From positions 61,318,001 through 61,382,000 of the forward strand of contig OX597828.1 of NCBI GenBank assembly GCA_951406725.2: a stretch of DNA of 64,000 nucleotides, given 5' to 3'. How positions within the stretch are numbered: position 1 is the first letter of the stretch; every line of letters starts with the position of its first letter. This document shows positions 55,820-64,000 of the stretch, one piece after another. The notes beneath the pieces are model-generated. The model had not been told where the DNA came from. It was given only the letters and a program-made list of their open reading frames with translations, and searched no databases. The position numbers and the translations under genes are program-made. This stretch comes from Octopus vulgaris. Taxonomy: Eukaryota.

Positions 55820-58150
55820 ACATATGGCTTTTGAAGCCTGCCAAAGACATACATGCTCTTTGACAATTAGTGCAAGAAAACTTGGTGATTGTATAGTTTA
55901 CAGCTCCAAGAACTTTACTATGCATTTTCATGCCACTTTTTGGTCTGTATACTTTTTGACAGAGTATGCATTCGAAATCATCTGTCCATCTATAATCAAT
56001 GTCTGGTTGTGCAATGTGTGATTTCATATTGCTTTTCCTATTGCCCAGCCTTAGACAAATCTTTCCACATTCATCACGTTCATTAATGCTTGTTAAAACA
56101 AAATTTTTGTCATTCTTTCTCATTTTTCTTTTGATCTTTGCATGCTCCATTCTTTTCCTTTCAAATTTATTTTTTCCTTCATACACAACTGTCTTCTATT
56201 TTCTCGACAATGAACTAAATCGTCCCAATTGTCAATTGGAACATTTATCTTTTTCAATCCCGACTTCAGAAATTCTTTGTACCTCATCTTTGTTTTGTAG
56301 AACGGACGCTTACTTGCCACCAATTCTCCGTAAAAAAGTTGTTTAAGCATTCTGTTGTCTGTCATTCTGACTAAGTGTCAACTCCATCTCAATTCTGAGA
56401 CATTGTTGATGAAAACGTTCTATATGTTTTAAATGCTTACGATATTCAATCCAGGTTTCGTAAGCATACAATAAAGAGGTTAAGATACATATCTAGACCA
56501 TAGGCGGTATTCCAGTTTGCCAAAAGCAAAACTGGCTCTTTCTGAATGCGTGGTGACACTTCATCATGAAGATTTGCTGTTGCGTTCAGTGTGCTCCCTA
56601 AGTGAACAAACAGAAACCACAGCAACTTTTCTTCCATATACGAAGATACCAGGTTCTATGTATGGCATTCCTGGTGCTGGCTGAAACATGACAACAGTTT
56701 TGGTTAAATTTATGGTTAAGCCAAGTGCCTCACAAGCCATTGAAATTGCATTCATAAGATTTTGCATGCCCTCCACAGTACGAGTGACAATATCACAATC
56801 ATCTGCACAGAGAAGAGTTGAGGACCTCCTTGATTTAGCTGACAGTCTTCTGATATTAAAAAAATTTCCTGTTGTGCGATATCTGATATACATATACCTT
56901 TATAAGAGCCTTTGAAAGCCAATTGAAAAAATGTAGTAAAATAGAGGGTGAAGAGAGTGAATGCTAGTATGTCACCTTGTTTTACTCCATTCATGACAGA
57001 GATAGGCTCCGAGAGCTTTCCACAAATGTTGATCCTTACTTCCATGCCATCATGAAACCGCTTCAGAATAGTGAGAAACTTAACCGGGCATCCAAGTCTC
57101 CTCAAGATCTCCCACAAAGCAGTTCGATTGACTGAGTCAAAAGCTTTAGTAAGATCAATGAATACCTGATAAAGTCCTGTTAGTTGTTCCATACACTTTT
57201 CCTGTAACTGCCGTGCAGAGAAGATCATGTCAACAGTACCCCTAACATTTCTGAATCAACTCTGTGATTCAGGAATAATCTCATTAGCCACATATATCTG
57301 CAGCCGGTCCAACATTATTCGTGATAAAGCATTACCAGCTGTAGTAAGCAAGCAAATGCCACGAAAGCTATTCTATTCATCCTTTTTGTCCCTAAGCTTT
57401 GAACACAACTTCCATGACTAAATCCTTCCAGTCTTTTGGCATAACTTCATTTTTCCACATTTTCTGTATTACTGCTGTCAGCATTTCTAGCAAGTAGTAC
57501 CCTACAAACTTAAATAGTTCTACATTCAGACTATCAACTCCCAGTGCTTTGCCATTGTTCAGCTTTGATACCGCTTTTATTGTTTCTTCCACTGACGGGG
57601 TATCATCTAAGCAGTCAATGGGTGCATTCTGTGGAATTATATCAATACCTTTTTCATCAACAACTGATGGTCGATTCAGAAGTTCATTGAAATGTTCCTC
57701 CCATCGTTTTAAGATGTCTTTGGGCTCCTATTCTTCACATGAACCAAAGTAGGACATCATGACCCATACACCTCACGAAGGAGAGTATATAACAACTTAG
57801 TGTTCTTAACATTGGAAGCAGCCTCTATCTCTTCTTCTTTTTTTCCGCCTCCAAGTATCCTGCATGCCTCGAATCTTTCTTTGCACATCTACTTTTATCT
57901 CTTTGAAAAAAAACTCTATTTTTGTCAGAATCATTTGCTAGTAATGAATGCAATGCTTTTCGTTTTTCTTCCAACAACTGTTGAATATTTCTATCACTTT
58001 CATCAAACCAATCTTGATGTTTCTTCTTTACTCCTAAAACTTTACTTATATTGTATAGCTGTCCTCTGAAGTCCATCCACTCATCTATCCAATCCAAATT
58101 TTCGATTTTCTGCTGAAATTCTATTCTAACTGTTTTATCCTTAAGGATAA
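55820..58150 (-). mobile_element. Degenerate RTE-clade (BovB-like) LINE
   Basis: HQDWFDE, MIFSARQLQEKC..FIDLTKAFDSVNR, GVKQG, CADD, LGLTINLTKTVVM, KQLFYGEL; frameshifted. Confidence 0.88.
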
Positions 58151-58152
58151 GC

Positions 58153-58505
58153 AATGTGAGATAATAGTTTCACTTTTAATAATTTCGCTATTAATAGTTT
58201 TACTATTAGATACATAATAGAAGTATTAATAGTGAAACTATTAAAACTGGAACTATTATTTCACATTACAATGGAGATGTTATTGTTTCACTTTTGACAG
58301 GTAATACCGAGGCAGTGTAAGAGATTGTTTCGTGCTGTCATTAGGCATGAAGCTGCAATGTTTTGGTCCATGACACTCCATGGATCTTACGTTGTGTATG
58401 TGTAAAATTTGAATGAAATCGGTCGGATAGTTCTCGGGTTTTAGCAATGCACATATACATGCAGACAGACAAATAGACACACATTCTCAGTTTTATATAT
58501 CTAGA
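58153..58505 (-). mobile_element. Helitron-like 5' segment with AT-rich hairpin (58153-58267)
   Basis: Minus-strand start TCTAGATATATAAAACTG resembles the start of 36131. Confidence 0.5.
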
Positions 58506-58723
58506 TATGTATATATATATATATATATATATATGCATATATATATATATGTATATATATATATGTATATATACATATATGTATATATATATATGTATAT
58601 ATATTGATAAAAATACTAAGACAACAAAAGAAAGAAAGAGACCTCGATATTATGTAAATAGAGGAATTTATCTGTAAATGTAATATGTGACAATTATTCG
58701 GTTGCCATGATAAAGCCATGATA

Positions 58724-58811
<88 letters not shown>

Positions 58812-58985
58812 TATATGTACATATGTGTATATATATGTGTATATATGTGTATATATGTATATATATATACGTATATATGTGTATATATACATATATAAAC
58901 TTAGATATGTTTCGACAAAAGATTGATCCAGGCCATGTCTAACATAATAGCACCACCTGATAGGATTATTTGAATCCTGTTTAAG

Positions 58986-61440
58986 TCAAGTTTTGTTTAT
59001 GGTCCATTCAAGTAGTGAGTTTTTGTTTGGTGAGTTGTATCCAATTATGGGTGGCTTATCTGGTATTCTTTGAAGGAATCTATCCAGACTCCGTTTAAAG
59101 TTGATGGGATCCTTTTCCTCTTTGATCTCTTTTGGGACAATGTTAAATAGGGCAGGGCCTGTTGAGGAAAAGAAATTATGTTGCAGTGTACATGTATGCT
59201 GTGATCTTGAATTGGGTAGGGGACGTATGGCCCGTGGTCCCAGTCTTGGATGAAACTTGAAGCTAATGTTCAGGTCGCTTGGGCAAAGTTGGCGGTATAT
59301 TCTCCACATCGTACAAATGATGTACCGCTCACGGCGACGCTGGAGAAAGTAGAGTTTCAAGACTTTAAAGCGATCCCAATAATCGAGAGCAGCCATCTCT
59401 GGGGTGATTCAATCCTCGAGATGTTTTGTCTTGTATGGGGAGACCACAGTGGGCAGCAGTATTCGAGGTGTGGCCGTACAAAGGAGGAGAAAAGTGGTAT
59501 GATGACACCTTGTTCTCTGGACCGGAAAGTTCTTAAGATCCAGGAACTCATCTTACGAGCTATATCGACCTTCTTGTTGATGTGTGCACTCCAACTGAGA
59601 TCGTCATCAACAATTACACTCATGTCTCTGATATTGTTAGAGGCTGTGAGCGGTTCCCCTGAAGGAAGAGAGTATGGCTGTTTTAGTGAGGAATTTCTTC
59701 CAAAATGCATCAGCTCAAATTTTCCCTCGTTCAGTTGCATTTTGTTTCTGTCTGCCCATTGACTCACAGCATATAGATCAGACTGGAATTGAGTTCGGTC
59801 TGCTTCTTCATTGACGATTTGCTGGAGCTTAGTGTCATCAGCAAATATTTTCACTTTGCAGTAATGTACGACACTGGAAAGGTCGTTTATGTAAACTATG
59901 AAGAGTAGCGGACCCAAGACAGTCCCCTGGGGGACATCGCTGGTGACTTTTGCTGGGCTTGAGTGGACTACATCAACTACAACATGTTGTGTTCTATTCG
60001 CCAGGAAGTACTTAATCCAGTGTAGAAATTTTCCACGGATTCCAACATTTGCTAATTTTGAGAGTAGGATATTATGGTCTACCCTGTCGAACGCTTTACT
60101 GAAGTCAAGATATATGACATCAGAGTTCGAACCTGTTCCCGAGGCTTTGAGTACATCTTCAATGTGGTGTAAGAGCTGTGTTAGACAGTCCCTGCTACAG
60201 CGAAATCCATGTTGATTTGCATTTAGGAGTTTGTGGGTCTCCAGGAAGTCAGCTATCCTTGATCTTAACACTCTTTCAAACACTTTAATGATGTGGGAGG
60301 TGAGTGAGATTGGGCGATAGTTGAGTGCGAGGGATCTGTTTCCCTGTTTGAAAAACGGGATGACTGACTGGGATAGAAACTGTTTCGGTATATAACCTGC
60401 GTCTAACGAATTTCTCCGGAGGTTGGTCAGAGGGACTGCAAGTTGGTGTCTACATTCCTTCAGGAGACTAGCAGGAAATCTATCAGGGCCTACAGCAGAG
60501 TAGTATTTGACCTCATTTATTACTGCTATGATGTCAGTGGCAGTGAAGGTTATGTCTGAGATTTTATGTTGGGAGTCAACTTTGTTCGCTTCTCTTACGT
60601 CAATATCAGTGGGAACACTGAAGACAGAGCAGTATTGTTTCTGCAGTATTTCTGCCATTTCTTTAGCATCGTGCTGGGGAATGCCGTTATCATCAATCAA
60701 TGGCTCAATGGGCGAGACAGTGGTTCTATGCTTATTTGCATAAGAATAGAACACTTTTGGCTTCTGTTTGATGTTTTTGATTACCCACTGTTCCTCCACA
60801 GCTCTTTGATTTTCAATGGAGGTTTTCATGTCGGTCTGCAGATGAAGTTTTTCCAGCTCTAGCCTTTTCATTGTTGTTGAATGTGGATGTTGTGTGTGGG
60901 AATATTTTAAGTGGCTGATATTTTTGTTGAGTCTTTTGATGCGCCTGATGAGTGTTTTTTTCTTTTTAGAGAGCCGGTTTCTGTTTGTGTTAGTAGATTT
61001 CGTGGGAGCGTGTTTAGAGCATGTATAGGTGACAATGTTTTCAAAGTGCTGCCATGCGGTCTCAATATGGGTGAAATTGAGAGTAAAAGACCAGTCGATG
61101 AAAGACAGATCCTTTCTGATTGCTTCCCAGTCCGCTTTGTGGAAGTTTATGTTGTCAAATGAGTGCCATGGAGTGGGATTGGCTGGTTTGGTTTTTATAT
61201 GTCGGGAATTAAAATTTCAGAGTACCATGTCGTGGTCTAAGAGGAGAGTTTTTTTTCAACTGAAATGCTGTCAACGAAGCTAGACTGATTGGTCAATACC
61301 AGATCCAAGATCGTTTTATTCTGTCTCGTTGGTTCGAGCACTAGCTGAGTCAGGAAGTATTCATCCATCAGATTAAAGAGCAGTTCTGCTGCTGCTCTAT
61401 CTGATGTAGAGCATTTGCCTAACTTCAGAGTATTTGTGGG
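58986..61440 (-). mobile_element. CR1-group LINE ORF2, 5'-truncated and frameshifted
   Basis: PTRQ..LDLVLTN (APE end); NYRPISLTS, QHGF, YLDFSKAFDRVDH, VPQGTVLGPLLF, FADD, RPHLEY; LQRRRERY in the next frame. Confidence 0.93.
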
Positions 61441-61484
61441 CCAGTTCACATATATGTATATATATGTATATATATACATATATG

Positions 61485-61564
<80 letters not shown>

Positions 61565-62741
61565 TATATATGAATATAAATATGTATATATATGTGTGTG
61601 TATATATATGATATATGTAGGAAGCGGTGCTTCCTAGGGCTACATAATAGTAGTATTCTTCCCTTTCATGGGACTGACACATTAAGTTGACAACTTACCG
61701 CCACCACTATATATACACACACATATATGAGTGTGTACATGTGTATGCGCGCATGCGAGTAAACTTTTCCAGTAATATATTTACTTAGGGTGACTGTGTC
61801 TACTTCACAAGGGCTGTTCATAGAAAGACTAAAGAAGTAAGCGAAACAAACTAGTCCCACCACCACTTCAGCATCAACATCATCATCACTAGCATTGCTT
61901 TCAACACTCTTATCACTATAAAAAGCTTAATCATCATCATCATAATGACACTATTCAACAACGCCGAAAACAGCAGACGACATCATTGTACAGTACAGCA
62001 CACTACGCTCCACAACACAACAGGTCTATACACATGCCCAAAACACAGTCACGTCTCATCTCAAATTCAGCGGTGTGATGTAACAGAACCGCTAATCCAT
62101 AAGTAAACCAGCCGTGCTTCAACTTACTTTGGAGCAGAGAAATTAATAGAATACGGGTTTATTAAATAGAACTAATCAATTTCCTAACCGGTTCAGTCCT
62201 CATCCAATGCTATCCCCGACTGGTAGAACAATTCCTCAACATATATTCTCCTCAATTCACCGCCACTTTTGCCCTTGCTTCTAGCAATATTTGTGTCTGC
62301 CACCTCTGTCATCACTATCAACTCACCATCAACTACACAAAAACAATATCAACACCTCAGAGCACAAGGAACACAATGAAGGAAAAATGGGAAAGGAGTC
62401 GACGGAATAAAACTCAGAAAACATCTAAGCCAATATCGTAATACAATATTTACAGAGGAGAAAATTGGTAAATATTGTCAATATATTATTAATTCACCGC
62501 TGAAAAATTTTCATGGAAACAGGAAATAGTTTCGACAATCCTACCACAAACCTACTTCTAGTTCATTGTTCGAATAGAATAAGTATCGTCAACTGCACAG
62601 CATATGACGTTTATGAAATATATTAAGAAACAAAAAAAACAGAACGAACAACTATAATACGTTAAGACTTCAATAATCTAGTTGGGTGGAGATAAAATAT
62701 GTACATGTTTGTATATATGTATGTATGTACATATTGGTATT

Positions 62742-62786
<45 letters not shown>

Positions 62787-62836
62787 GTGTACGTGTACAT
62801 ATGAATGCGTGTGTGTGTGGGTGTATATATATATAT

Positions 62837-62915
<79 letters not shown>

Positions 62916-63165
62916 CAACAAAATGTAACAACAGAAGAATGAGACCTCGATATTAGAGAAATAGAGGATAATTTATATATGTTATAAATTAGAACAAACA
63001 GTAAAAGGTTGTCATTATAGTACTCGGAGTTTCGAATTCCGGTGTGAAGAGCTACGATACATTCTCGTTTGCTATTAATGGCAACAGGCGCCACGAAAAG
63101 CCCTTAAATATATGGGGAGTAACTCTAATAGGTGGAAAAAGAAAAAGAAAAATATAAAAAATATA

Positions 63166-63217
<52 letters not shown>

Positions 63218-63324
63218 ATACACACAACCATATTCTCACTATGCATAGATATCAGCCTCCTGCGTTCACAACGTCTACATAGGTACACACACAAACATGT
63301 ATACTTACATGCACACAGGCACAC

Positions 63325-63406
<82 letters not shown>

Positions 63407-63544
63407 ATGTATATGTGTGCGCAACCTCATCATCATATACACATAGGTGATTAGATGCATACACGTAACATAATACATATATATTTAGGCATTTATACGT
63501 ATATATACACAAACATACATAAATATATACATAAATAGATATAA

Positions 63545-63584
<40 letters not shown>

Positions 63585-64000
63585 CCTATCACTCACCTAC
63601 ACCCGCACATATACAGACATATGCATATCTATATAAGTGTCCATGAAAATTGCACATATGCACCGGATAGTCTTACACTAATATACATACTCGTACATAT
63701 ACTCATACACATATATATATACACATATATATATACACATATATACATATAATATATATACATGCATATACATACACACACACACACTCACACAATTATA
63801 AAGGAAAAGGGAAAAATGAAAAAGTATATACAAAAAATTTTAAATGAAAACTTAATGGAAGTTAAAACATATTGGACAGTTTGTTCAGGAACATAGTAGA
63901 AATGATTTTGGGCAGCCCAAAACCATAAGAGGTATTTTGTGACGTATGGACAGGATCCAAAGAGTTCAGTTCTTGAATTTAAACATGTGTCAGTGTCTAA

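Noticed and set aside
61666-61866. Candidate Wnt first exon (hydrophobic start, GTAAGT nearby)
   Set aside because: No clear ATG-led signal peptide ending in the required phase; runs into low-complexity sequence.

Overview
AT-rich, microsatellite-dense eukaryotic DNA whose SINE content looks cephalopod (Octopus-like; inferred from recalled repeat families, not proven). One host gene is supported: three minus-strand coding exons of a Wnt ligand, most like WntA (50650-50394, 24576-24308, 15973-15512). They have in-phase GT-AG junctions; the signal-peptide exon was not found. The rest is mobile DNA: R4/Dong-, CR1- and RTE-type LINE remnants, tRNA-derived SINEs, mariner relics, a piggyBac derivative, a hAT MITE, Helitron derivatives and several Penelope-like elements (PLEs). 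Two features stand out. (1) A young ~4.8 kb palindromic PLE insertion in the last Wnt intron, with ~1.85 kb near-identical inverted arms and a rearranged centre. (2) About ten minimal hammerhead-ribozyme-like motifs from several unrelated repeats, including U3:A8 core variants and variants with insertions before stem II, often within fold-back repeats anchored in (TA)n. All structures were read by eye; no searches or folding were run.
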